From assembly GCA_964188305.1 (NCBI GenBank), contig OZ076885.1: a stretch of 64,000 bases of DNA; one strand, written 5' to 3'. Below, one piece after another: positions 38,301-51,785 of this stretch. Each line of letters begins with the position of its first letter. Position 1 is the first letter of the stretch. The position numbers and the translations under genes are program-made. The notes beneath the pieces were generated by a model, which did not search any database, was not told the DNA's origin, and saw nothing but the letters and a program-made list of their open reading frames with translations. Source of the DNA: Podarcis bocagei. Taxonomy: Eukaryota.

Positions 38301-41300
38301 AGGCACTATTTTATCCAAACATTTTGTGAGAAATGCATCTCGTTTCTCTTTCGATGCTCTTAGCCGATGAGTGAAGTTACAGCTATGATTGACACTTGGG
38401 AGATAACTGCAAACCATAGAGATAACAGACTATAGAGTCACGACCTTGTGTCTGCAAAAGGAATATCTACATGATAAAAAGATTCCTTTTGGTAACTACA
38501 TGGCCTTGGCCTCAAATGCATTATGGGTTATCTTATGTTTTAAACTTGAATCCTTTTTTGAAATTTGATTTAAAGCTTGATGGCAAACATGAGCATGTGT
38601 TACAGCATCTTTTAAAACTATGTTTCTAAAGAGTTATAAGCCCTTCACAGTGCCATGCTTTTTTAGATTAATTTTTTTATCCTTTCTGTACAGGAATTTG
38701 GAACATCAGTTTATAACTCTTCATCTACTACAGTATCTTCCAGGCAAAGAAAATTTCACAACACAATTTGTGAATCATCCAGTAAGCTCCCTCTTTGTTC
38801 TGTTTTAAATCTGTTGGGAGCCGTCCAGAGTGGCTGGGGAAACCCAGATGGATGGGCGGGGTATATAATAATGATGATGATGATGATGTGATTATGGTTA
38901 TTTTTAAAAATCACTGACCACAGTAACATGTGTCCCCACTTCACACTTCTCATTATTGACTATGTACATGCAAACAAGATGCCTGCTTGCTAAGTATTAA
39001 AATGTTTGCAGTTTTAGAGTGTATATAGTCTGGATGAAGTATCTAAACAAAGTTTGATAAAGTAGCATGAAAGGGGAAGTAAGGGAGAGGTGATAGCTGT
39101 GTCTAGAATACATTAGGAAATACAACAAAATCTGTGAGTGATATTCACACCTCCTTCACTCAGAGTTGACCCATTGAAAGCAATAGATCTCACATAGTCA
39201 TGATCATTAATTTCATTGGCTTTACTCTGAGTAACTCCTAGTTGAATACCACCCCATATGTTGTAAAAGAAGAATTTATGACAAACTTCCCTTAGACATG
39301 AAATTGACTAGGTTGGAATTTTTCACTATGCCAAGTGATTTGTATGGGACATGTGGAAGCTCCCCCAAGGAGGAAAAGGAATGAAAATACATTTGCTTTA
39401 TGGGGAGGTTCACCTTCATTTATATTCACACACTTAATAACCTACTGATGTAGGATAATGGTTAGTTCCAAAATAGTGGAAGGGAAGAATTTAGTTCTTC
39501 TGTTCCATAGAAATAATAAACTTTGTATAGCCAGAGGCAAAGGGCAAGACAAAGTAAAAGACAAGAATCCAGAAGAGTAAATGGAGCCAGAGAGTGGAAC
39601 ATGTCATGTGTGAAAGCCCCAGATATAAGAGGGAAATTTATAAGGTCTTCTAGCAGGAGGAATTCTATGGATCACTAGCTCCATTAATAGCATTTCTATT
39701 AAAATTATCCAGTGCTGGCATCACAAACTGGGCAAATGTAGAAGCAGGCACTGGGGCAAAATTGGTAATGAAAATATTAATAAAATGAACCTAGAACAGG
39801 ACATCAGATGGAAAATTGCCTTTGAAATTTAATTGGCTTTTGAATTGCCATTTTCAAAGTCTGTCTGCAGCTCTCTTGCCAGCTGGTTAATGATGGATTA
39901 CAGGATGAATACAATGAATATTATTATTTCTGGCTTATCTGGCAATGTCAAAAGCTATTTACCTGGTATTTAAGCATTGGCTTACAGTATTTTTCAGGAT
40001 CCTAAATTAATGGGAGCTGATCCTTCTCAACAACACAGAATATGAGCCTAGAGCTTATTAAATTTAACTCTTATTACACTGAGTCTACATCTTCATATTC
40101 CTTATGAAACTGGGTCACTTGAAAGTATTACTGGTGATTTTCTTAAAAAATAGTTTGTAATTGATTGTTATTTGTCACACATTATTTATGTGGTATGTAG
40201 AAATATGATTCAGAAGTTTTCCAGTGATATTAGATCACTTGTAAATGTCAATGTGTATGCTTAAATAGTTAATTTATTTTATAAACTAAATATTGGGAGG
40301 GGGGGGAAGATGATTTTTGCAAACTATTACAGATACTGGGCTGGATCAACAGGTTCCTTCTGTGAATGAAAGGGGTGCTTCTGTGAATATTAGGCTACTT
40401 CCATGAGTGGAAGGTAATCTTTGGATCCTGTTACTTCTGCTATTTAATACTGCGCTGTGCATTTTATAGAAGATGGAATGTTTCTTTGCCTAGAGGATGG
40501 GAATCATTACATGCTGCAGAAGGAGCAGGTCTATGGTGTTCCTTTAACATGTGAGAATGATACCCATCTATTTTTGAGGTGTCATTGCCCTTGGATTAGG
40601 AGCCTTTTATCTGGAAGGGAAACTTTGGATGCAGCCCATCCCATGCAAAAAACTGCAACAAGTAGTAATAGCTCTGAGTCCAAACAAAGTCTATGGTTTT
40701 ATATGTTAGGGGAAATTGCAGGTCTACATGGTACCCACTAATTGCAGGGAGGTACGCACTAAAATCTGTAATGTATGATGTACCTATAAGTAGGACGATT
40801 TATAAATGCTTAGCAGTAGCCAACACTCTATCACATGTTGGTAACAAAAACATTTTTCTCAGTTAAGAGATGTGTGATTTTCAGTCCACAAATGAAATGC
40901 AAACAATTGTTTTCTGAGAAAACCCTTGCAGTCCATTATCTGAAACATGTGTTGCTATTATCTACTTTCATGTGTCCATATATTTACCCCTTAACATGTA
41001 TATGACTTGCAAATAAAGGATTATGCATTCTGTCTTAATTAGATTCATTCACATGCTTTAATGGAGGTGAGTGCGTGCATTGGCAACTGTGTGACTGTAG
41101 TCGATATAATGCAACTGGATCAAGATGTCAGAAAAGTGAGTAGAAAGTAGTTTGCATGTTACATATTGTGTCTAGCATAACATAAGACCCACACTTATAG
41201 CTTTACTGGCAAACTTCTTTTCAGAAGAAGGCTCAATTGTATTCTTGGGCCTTTTTGAAGAGGTGATGGATATAGTAATTGATGGGTATAGTAAATAAAC

Positions 41301-44300
41301 TACATGTTTTGTTTATTGATTTTAATTGATAATTTGTGTCCCACCTTTCCTCCAAATGATGATCAAAGCAGTTAATCACAATGATACGAATGCAATAAGA
41401 TACAGTGGATGCTTGGGTGGCGAACGTGATCTGTGCAGGAAGCATGTTCGCAACCTGCAGCGTCCACAACCTGCAGCGCCGTATCTGTGCATGAGCGGGT
41501 CGCGATTTGGCACTTCTGTGCATGCACAAAGCACGATTTAGTGCTTCTGCAGATGTGAAAGCGCCAAAACCCGGAAGTAACCTGTTCCGGTACTTCCGGG
41601 TTCGGTGCGGTGCGCAACCCAAAATCGTGCAACACGAAGCATCTGTAACCCGAGGTATGACTGTATTACAAAATAACCCTGCTTATGTATATTATTATGT
41701 GTATTAACACACCTGTGTATTATCAATAATTGTTTTATGTACACTGCTTTTTAAAATTAAGTATATGTTTTGCTAAATAAATAAATATTTAAACATTCCT
41801 CCTTTTTGGGAGCTCACCCCCAGAAGAGGAGTAGGCATTAGTGAGAGATCCTGTTTCAAAAATTGATTTCCCCACATCTCTTTTCATTTTTCTGCCATAG
41901 TATACAACACAGGTGCAGAACGAGACCACATTTGCCGAACATGGGGACAATACCATTATGAAACCTTTGATGGGCTCTACTACTTTTTCTCTGGAAAATC
42001 TACATACACTCTCTTAAGGCAGAATGAATTGGACGAACAGAGCTTCTCTATACAAGTGAGAAATGACAGTGTAAAGTTCATTCCAAATCATTTAAAATAA
42101 ATATGATTTGCAATAAATATGAGCATTTCATGCGTTATTATCATTATTGTTTTTAGTAGTAGTATTAAAAAAAAACCCACTGTGAGAATTGTTTGATTCT
42201 GATGCTTCCTGCTAGTTCTTGAACTGATAGTTCCAGTGGGTTGGGCTGCTTGTACGGTTTGACTTGCGAGCAATCCTTCAGCATGCATGGTGCTATGGAG
42301 CATATGGGTATCATTTCCCAGAGCTGATCAAGATTGTGAGTGACAACTATACCTACTGCTGCCTAGCCTAGCTCATTGGAAACTGAAAGGAGTTGAGTGA
42401 GAAGAGCCTGGAGGGCTTGGAAGAAGTTGTTATGGTCATTGCCAAGACTCAGGCTATCCTGGAGGCCTTCCTCCAATAGAGAGCCAGTATGGTGTAGTGG
42501 TCAAAGTATCAGACTAGGATCTTGGAGGCCAGTGTTCAAATCTCCACTCGGCCATGAAATTGAATGGGGTGAACTCAGGGGCCAGTCACTGCCTCTCAAC
42601 CTAACCTACTTCATAGGGTTGTTGAGGGGATTAAACGAGGAGGGGGAAAGCCATGTGCGCCACCTTGTGCCCCTTGAAGAAAAAGGTGGATATAAATGCA
42701 ATAAAAATGAATGAATGTGGCTCAAGTAATATAGGAGGGAGGGAGGGAGGGAACTACAACTTACCATGGCTGTAATCATACACACAAATGGGAGCAAGGC
42801 CCATTGAATTCAACAGGACTTGCTGCTGAGTAGACATGCATAGTGTATGCTGCTTTCCCCTAAGATCACAAGTAAAGTGCTTCTGTGTACATGAGGGGTG
42901 AAGAATGCTGATCTTTCTTATCGGTAGCAGTCTATGTCTCATGAAATGTCATGGTGGGTTTCCCAAAGCTATTGGAGTGGTTTGGGAGGGCCTGCAGTAG
43001 GGGAATAACTAAAAAGCCCATGTGCACTCTTTGGTTGTTGTAAGATCCATGTGTTATCCATAGTCTGAGGCTATAAAGAATGTGGATGAATAATCTCACT
43101 ATGCCAAGATAATCCAAGTTTCCAGTTTTCCAAATGCTTTCTGCTTTTGTTTGTGCCATCAAATTATACTCTTTGATGGTGCACAAAAATCTGGGTCAGT
43201 TTCTGCTTTATTTGATTGAGAAGAGCTCTGTTGGATGAGACCACAGTCCTTTCTAGATGAGCATTTTGTTCTGGCAGTGGCCAAGCAGATGCCTTTAGGA
43301 TGCTGACAGCCAGGATATGAGCACAATAGCACTATCCTGCTTGTGTTCCCCAGTAATTGGTATTCAGAGGCGTGAAAATGCTGGTATTCAAAAGGAGTAC
43401 TCCTTCACACATGCAGTCAAGTCCCACAAGATGTAGTGATGGTCACTAACTAGGATAGCTTTAAAAGGGGGTTGATTAGCCAAATGAAAATGGGATAAAA
43501 CTGTCAATGGCTACTAGGCATGACGGCTATGTACTACTTCCAGTGTCAGAGGCAGTATCTGAGAACCTGATGCTGGGGAGCACAAGTGAGAAGAGGATTG
43601 TTGCACTCCTATTCTGGTTGCTGGCTTCCCATCGGCATCTGGTTGTCCACTGTGAGAAAAAGATACTGGACTGGGGTCTTTTATTTGCATCATGGCTCCT
43701 CTTGTACTGACTCTGACACTGGAGGTAATATAGCCTTTGACTGAATGGATTTATATTCTACCTTTCCTCCAGTGGTTTCCAGGAGGCTGAATATGGTTCT
43801 CCAGTTTATCTTGAAGTGAATAAATATGAGATATGGAATGCTACTGTATTTAAAGGAATATATAAGAGATGCTCACAGAGGCTGCAATTTCAAAGTCATT
43901 TTGGGGCCACATTCCTAAAGCAGTATGTGAAATGCCAAAAATATAGTTGTTGCTAAAATACTTATTTCTCCCATTTTTGGCAGGTCCATAATGATCCCGA
44001 TTGCAAGTCTTCTCCATATTCCTGTAAACGATCAATTAGCCTATACTTTTCTGGAGACGGGGAAATCAGATTAAGTAGTGAGGTCACCTACAAAGGGATT
44101 GGGTAAATTCAATGTATACTCTCATGATCTGTGGTGTTTTTATTTGCCATGTTCTTTTGATATGCAGAGATGTAGGCCCCTTAATTGATTCGTAACTATA
44201 TGCTATCTTCATTCCTACAAATTAGTCATGTTTGTGGGTGAAACGAACTCAGTAATGTTCATATTAATAATACAGTAATTCAGTTGGCAAGTCATTTTAA

Positions 44301-47300
44301 GTTTATAATTTGTAACCCTAAGTCATAAAAAAATAGTGTGTGTACATTTCTTCAGATATGGGGGCATAATCTAAGAGTGATATAAGTGACTGGAAACAAA
44401 AATAGCATCGTTGACTGATAGCGGAATGCAGTAATTACTATAATTGGAAAGAGATTATTTATTTATTTCCCCATGAGGCGTCCAAAAAAATTTGCAATAT
44501 AATTAAAATATTAAACGGTTTAAAAAACTGCATAAATGCAAACAATTACACACACACACACAAAACAAACAAACAAACAAACAAACAAACACAAACATTT
44601 TAAAACAGCACATATATAAAATCAATTCTGACCCAATATCAATGCCAACTGGGTATTCAAGAGGTCTGTTGAAAGAGGAACATCTTTAGCAGGCACTGAA
44701 AAGACCATAGATAAGGTGCCTGTTTGATAGGAAAGGTAAAGGTGAAGGTGAAGTAAAGGTAAAGGTAAAAGACCCTGGATGGATAAGCCCAGTCAAATGT
44801 GACTATGGGGTGCGGCACTCATCTTACTTCATGTGGTCAGCGTGACTAAACCGCTTCCAGCGCTACTGAACACCCTGACAGAAGCCAGAGTGCATGGAAA
44901 TACTGTTTACCTTCGTGCCACAGCAGTACCTATTTATCTACTTGCACTGGTGTGCTTTTGAACTGCTAGGTTGGCAGAAGCTGGGACAGAGCAACTGGAG
45001 CTCACCCCATTGCGGGGATTTGAACCGCTGACCTTCCAATAGGCAACCCCACGAGGCTCAGTGGTTTAGACCATAGTGCCACCCGCGTTCCTGCCTGTTT
45101 GATATATAATGGGTATAAAGGATGACAATGAGTTTGTTTGTTTATCATGGTATTTGTTTGGCTTCCCAGGATACAATTACCATATACCATAGGGAACTTG
45201 TACATCCAAGCATTAGCTGGTTATGTCATTGTTAGACACCAGTATGCATTCTCTCTGGCTTGGGATGGTACCTCTGCTGTTTATATTAAGATGGCTCCTG
45301 ACTACTTGGGCAGAACTCATGGACTGTGTGGTAACAACAATGCCATTCTGCAAGATGAACTTGCCACTAGTTATGGTGAGTATTTCATCTAATTTATTAA
45401 GATGTTATTTGTGTTCCTCAGCAGTTACAGGCCTTACTTAGAAAGAGCAAGACTGCTATAGTCCTCTTTTTGTCTTGTTTGGCTTGCCTAAATGCCATAA
45501 TTGCTATGACTTCATCCATTGGCTAAAAACACTGAAAGGTGAGAGCAGGTTAGTTATCACAAGACAAATGGGCAAAATTTGCTTCATATCTCAGATTCTA
45601 CATGGCTTGCTTTTTAAAATGAAAGCTGGGAATCTGGCACATTATGGCCAGTGGGATGGTGGTGGCACTGCCTATTAAATAGCTTCTGTCCATGAGCAGA
45701 AAAGGACCAGAATTTCTTCTTGTGTTGTTTTAAAATGATTTCTCTGTGATTTCTATATATACTTTGCTCTTCAATATTGATGGGCTTCATGTGCATTTTG
45801 TGTGCCATTGTCTTTATACCATTTTCCCCCCGAGGACAAAATGTAATATAAGAAGTGGCCTTAGATGAGCTGTTGATTAGAATTTAGCATTAACAGGAGC
45901 AGTCACACTTCTATCCAACTATCTATCTGACAGAGATGCTTTGCATTTCTTTCATAGCTTCCATTTAAACCCGATCAATAAAAATGTTAATTTCCTGCAT
46001 TTGTGCACTTTCCCCTAGGAAAACTTACTGAAGACATTGAAGAGTTTGTAGAAAGCTGGAGAGAAAATCCTCCACAGGAGAACATCTTCTCCTGGGATAC
46101 CTCATTTAACTATGAGCCACCCTGTATGACTCAAAGTCAAACATTTTTACAGGTAGGCATGATAATTAATGTAAGGCAGGCACACTGGCTTGTTCCTGCG
46201 ATTGAGGGGGCTAGTGCTCCACGACATGCTCACACTTTGTGCACATGCTGTGCAATATGCTGATGTGTCGCATGCACATTATGTGGCATACATGAGTGAT
46301 ATGAGTGTGGCATGAGCACATGGCATGAGCACATCACTGCAAAATATTGATGAGGCCCAGCCCCCTCCTTGAAAATTGTGGGGGCCCTCGGCCCCTTCTA
46401 GGTGACACCCCTTATGTAAGACATAAACTTGTATGAGACTGAATTCTGAAACTTCTTATTTAAAAAATGACATAAATGACTTCCTAATTGCAAAAAGAAA
46501 CCGCTGCCCATAGTTATGGGATTGAGACTCCTAGTTAAATAACTGTGATGCATTGCTTACATAATAAACATAGTTTTTGGATGGCTCACATGGCTTTATA
46601 CTGGCTGAAACTGACATGACAGCAATTGAGCTAGCTGGGGTATAAATGGAAGATGATTTCAGGTTCTATCTACCTCCTGCTTTCAAGTTCATTTCTGATT
46701 TTACTCTGTACCTCAAACTATGTGGAAAATGTTATTTCCTAGAGGAGTGCTTAAGGTTCATAGATTAAGTAGATTTCTTATCATGCTTGAGTTATTTTTA
46801 ATTCCTCCTTTTATTTCATTCTTTGATATTATTATTCAGAGTTTCCTATTTTAGCATTCAAAGCCTGTAGCCAGCCAGTGGATTCCTGTGTTATCTAGTG
46901 CCAGAATTTAATCAGATAATTCTTCCTTACTTGTATTAAAATCTGTGAAATAGCTTTTGTCTCCATAGACAGCTGTCCATAATGACAAAGAAAAAGTTCA
47001 TCATAATTTTGGCTACCATATTTCAGTTTCATCAGAAAACTTATCCCATACCAAGTCTGCTTTAGATTTCCTGCATAGGGATGAGGAAAAAAAATACCAC
47101 CAGTTTGCTACTGGCCCTGGAGGGGGAAAAATTATTAGTGTTTATTCAAATAAAATCTGTCAACATACATACAGTATAGTGCATGTATTATGGAAATGTA
47201 ATATGAGTATGTTTAATTACAAATTATACATCTGTGTTGAATCTGATAGACCTCATTTGAAACCTAAAATATAAACAATTCACATGCTAGATGAAATATG

Positions 47301-50300
47301 AATTCACAATGCTGCCTCTTCAACTAAAACCTGTAGATGGAATGGTACTCCATTCATGGATCGTGGCATTCCTGTCTTCTCTATATAACAACCTGCACCT
47401 CCCTGGAAATCCACTCTTAAGGACTGGCTAGGCCAGGCACCGCCAAACTCGGCCCTCTAGATGTTTTGGGCCTACAACTCCCATGGTCCCTAGCTAGCAG
47501 GACCAGTGGTCAGGTATGATGGGAATTGTAGTCCCAAAGCATCTGGAGGGCCGAGTTTGGGGGTGCCTGGTAGGCTCTCTGGCGCAGAGTGAGATGTGAC
47601 ATAGGAACCTGCAACATGACATAGAAAAAATAAAAAACCCAATCCCCCTTGTGCAAACCTCCTACTCAGCAACATCTTTGCAGCCTTGCCAATCTTTGTA
47701 GGACCATTGCTGTCAGACTTTGGATTCAAAATCGAAGGCCGGATACTTATCAGATGATCTAGTTTCTAGACTATTTTTTGTTTTTTTAAAGCATTTTTTT
47801 AAAAAAGCTTCTTCCTTCACGCTAATTCTTTGTGTGTTTTCAGAGGACGTATGCATTCTGCAGCATTCTGCTCTGGAGCCCTTTCAAAGAGTGCCATGAA
47901 TTTGTGAGCCCATTTCCTTTCATGGCCAGCTGCACAAATGATCTATGCATGTAAGTGTCTTGGTTTGCGAAGTCCCGAATTAGCTGTCAGTGGTTGGGAT
48001 TCAGAGAGGTCCACTTAAAACATTTCTTGGTATGGCTGGGACTGTGCTGATTTTCAGCTTCTAGTTGCAGAACTTCATACTGATGAATGCCATTCCAAGC
48101 AGTATCTTTAGGAGTAGCTTTTTAATGTGCATAAGGTACCATGGTAGCTGTGGGAATGGGGTTCTTTGGGTTCTGGCCATTAAGTTTCTGCATATATTAA
48201 ATACATCTTTTTTGGCGGGCCTGCTTCTCTTCTCACTGTTTTTGACTGTCCTTTGTGGTACCACTTCTAGTTATAATAGAATGAGTGGCAGTAGAGTTAA
48301 AGCCAAATATTTATTGATTTAAACATTATATGCATTTTGAATGTTCACCATTGGTATAATTTAGCAGTAAACCATGGCTTAGCGCTATGGAAACAAGACT
48401 CAGCATGACTTGTACTCAAATGCAATCACTGTCTCTACTCTTTGTTTAGCTGCAAGGAAGGGATTGGCAGCTTCCATTTCTGTTTTAGCTTAACAGCAGT
48501 TTTATGTGTTGTGCCAGTCCTAAACTGTGGTTAATTAGAACAGTGAAAATAAGGCTGTGTCAATTTAAATTTTTTTTGTGTTAAGGTCAGGAGCTGATAA
48601 TGCAACTTTGTGTCGAGCATTAACTGAGTATGCAAGGACTTGTGCTCAAGCAGGAAAACCTCTCCACAACTGGCGGGCACAATTTAAGGAATGTGGTATG
48701 CAATGACAAGGTTTTAGAATGCTGTCTTCTGGCAAAATATTCTGCATATCGTTTATTCCCCTTTCTGCAGGTTTTCTCATTTTTAAATATAGGTTCATCT
48801 GGCCTTGCTATGGACTCCGTTGGTTGCGTGTTTTGTAATGGGGGCCTGGTAGGAATTTTTCCATCTGGCAAATTGGCAGGGCCATTTGGTTTTCAGCTAC
48901 CACCGTAGCAATCGTCACAACTTTGTAAGGTTTGGCCATTAGGCATTGGATCAGCAATCATGGGGAGGGGAGGTGGGGGCCATCACCTGCCCCTCCAAGC
49001 TCAAGGGTATTCAGTTAAAGAAATCTAGGGATTGGCCTGGGTCTTGTCCAAAACCCCTGCGGGGGGGGGGGGGAGCTAGGGCCATACCAGGACCCCACAG
49101 GGACACCGGGGGGGGGGGGTAAGCGCCAGTCAGGACCCGCTGGCAGTGCTCCCTCTGGTGTTGTTCATCCTTTAAGGGATTCCCCATGATGATGCCAATG
49201 CCTAAGTCAATACCACTCACATTCTGTATTCAATAAAGTTGTGGCCTAAATTTTGCCCAATTACTTAAACTAAAATCCCATGTCACTGTTTCATTTTTTT
49301 GGGAACTGGGGGTCTTGAATCGCAACTGAGTATGCAAGGACTTGTGCTCAAGCAGGAAAACCTCTCCACAACTGGCGGGCACAATTTAAGGAATGTGGTA
49401 TGCAGTGACAAGGTTTTAGAATGCTATTTTCTGGCAAAATATTCTGCATATCGTTTATTCCCCTTTCTGCAGGTTTTCCTCATTTTTAAATATTGAACCT
49501 TAATTGGTTATTGTATGCAAGTTCAGACTTTAAGACTAACCAGTATATGCTTTTGCATGGAGACCACTTCACTAGATGCTTAAATTAAAATTAAAGTAGC
49601 ATCAATTTTCCACCCCAGGAAGGAGAAGCATAAATCATTTAACATTTCTTCATTTCTTCTGTTTTTCAGTCATTAAATGTGAGGAGCATCTTGTCTACAA
49701 TGAATGCATTGACTGCTGCCCAGTTTCATGTCAGCAAAAAACTCATTGTGTTGACAGTGAACTGCCCTGTGTTGATGGATGCTATTGTCCAGATGGTAAT
49801 GCAGTTTTTGGTGTGGAATTTTGTTAGAAGTTGTGGCCTTTCAGGAGCTTATGGCCTTTCTGCAACCTACAAGACACAGTAATTAAGTCACACTCCAGAT
49901 ATTTGTCAACACAACCAGATGGGTTCATTCTAGAGGCAATGGGTGGTATTCAACTAACATTTCCTGTCAATACAAGGATTTCCTCTTGTGCAATAGAACT
50001 TTCCTCTCTTCTCTTGTTCCTATGCACATTCTCTGCCTTTTCTAAGTCTGCTACAGAGAGTTGGAGGAGCCCCCAGAGCAGATTCTATGAACGAGCTAGA
50101 CTATAAGGGTTCAGGCGATCCCTGAGGTATCCTGGACCCAAGTTGTTCAGGGCTTTGTAAATCAATGCAAGAATTTTGAACCTGGCTCAGTAGCAGATGG
50201 GCAGACAGTGCAGCTGTTTTAACAATGGTGTCACATGTTCTTGACCAGAAGCTCCCCTCAGCAATCTGGCTGCAGCATTCTGCACCAGCTGGAGTTTCCA

Positions 50301-51726
50301 AACCAGACCCAAGTGCAGCCCCACATAGAGCTCATTATAGTAATGCAGCCTTGCTCCAAAACTCCTTATGACAGCACCCAATGGCTATATTAAATAGCAC
50401 TGGGAACAGACTTATTGGGAGTAAGCCTTACAAAAATTGTTCTGACATTTTAGAAAACAGGCTTAGGCTGAGAGGCTAAGTGATAGCATGCCCTATATTG
50501 ACTTGATAGTATGTTAGGAAATCAAATGGACTTCTGTGAAAATATTTTTGGTATTGGGCTGCAACTATTTATAATTCAAGTTGTTTTTTCTTTATGACAA
50601 AAGCAGCTTTTAACTGTTTCATAATACCTCTTAACCTTCTGTTTTGCTTTTGTTTTTTATTATACCATTAAACTTTGCAGTATAAGATGCAATGAGGAAA
50701 CATACACAAGGATTTTAATTATAATTTATCACATCTTCATTTTCTAGCTAGAAGTACTAGGCAGTTTTTTAATGATCCTTTTCAAAGCATATGGCTCTAA
50801 TTTTGTTCTTATTGTCAAATGTTCATTTTAGGACTTATTTATGAAAACAAATTATGTGTAAGATCATCAGAATGCCCTTGTGATTATCACGGATCTGTCT
50901 ACAGAACTGGTGCTGTGGTTCATGAAGAATGCAACAACTGGTTAGTAACATTCCATATATTTATTCCCTTTAATATAGCACGAATTCCCTAAACAATGTC
51001 CAATATATAAGCCTTAGCATATATACCAGTCCTTACTTTTATAAAGCATACACCCTCATAGAAAGGTGCTTTCTCTTTCCTTTCGCCATTTGTAGTTTTG
51101 TGGAATAATCTTAATTTTAATGGTTTTGCGTACTAAATATGGTGACCAGTTCTTTTGCATGCCTTTGGTGCATGAAGGTTTCAAGCTGCAAATTCCCAGA
51201 CTCTTCTCCTTATCATACAATCTATGCTTGAGTTTTTAAATAAGTGCTGACAGGACGGTGAGGAAGATGCTGTACTTGCAGTCAGCTGGTTGTGATAGGC
51301 TTGCTGAACCTCACAACATAGGGAGGATGTTTCCATCATTTCTTTGAGAGATTTACTTAGCTTTGAGAGATTTACTTAGATCTGAAGGAGCGTCTCCACC
51401 CCCATCGTTCTACCCGGACACTGGGGTCCAGCGCTGAGGGCCTTCTGGCGGTTCCCTCACTGCGAGAAGCCAAGTTACAGGGAAACAGGCAGAGGGCCTT
51501 CTCGGTAGTGGCGCCCTCCCTGTGGAACGCCCTCCCACCAGATGTCAAAGAGAACAACAACTACCAGACTTTTAGAAGACATCTGAAGGCAGCCCGGTTT
51601 AGGGAGGCTTTTAATGTTTGATGTATTGCAGTATTTTAGTATTTTTTTTTGGAAGCTGCCCAGAGTGGCTGGGGAGGCCCGGCCAGATGGGCGGGGTATA
51701 AATAAATAAATAAATAAATAAATAAA

Positions 51727-51785
<59 letters not shown>

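Noticed and set aside
42481-42560. tRNA gene
   Set aside because: A/B boxes are present but there is no cloverleaf; the sequence continues into a SINE body and tail
48622-49493. Interpretation as an LTR retrotransposon with two 170-bp LTRs
   Set aside because: The direct repeats are host OTOG exon/intron sequence, lack TG..CA ends, and have no outer TSD
49299-49496. Twin ORFs [16 protein letters not shown]... (48630..48908 and 49299..49496) as a duplicated small gene
   Set aside because: They are an alternative-frame reading of OTOG exon 11 and its duplicate
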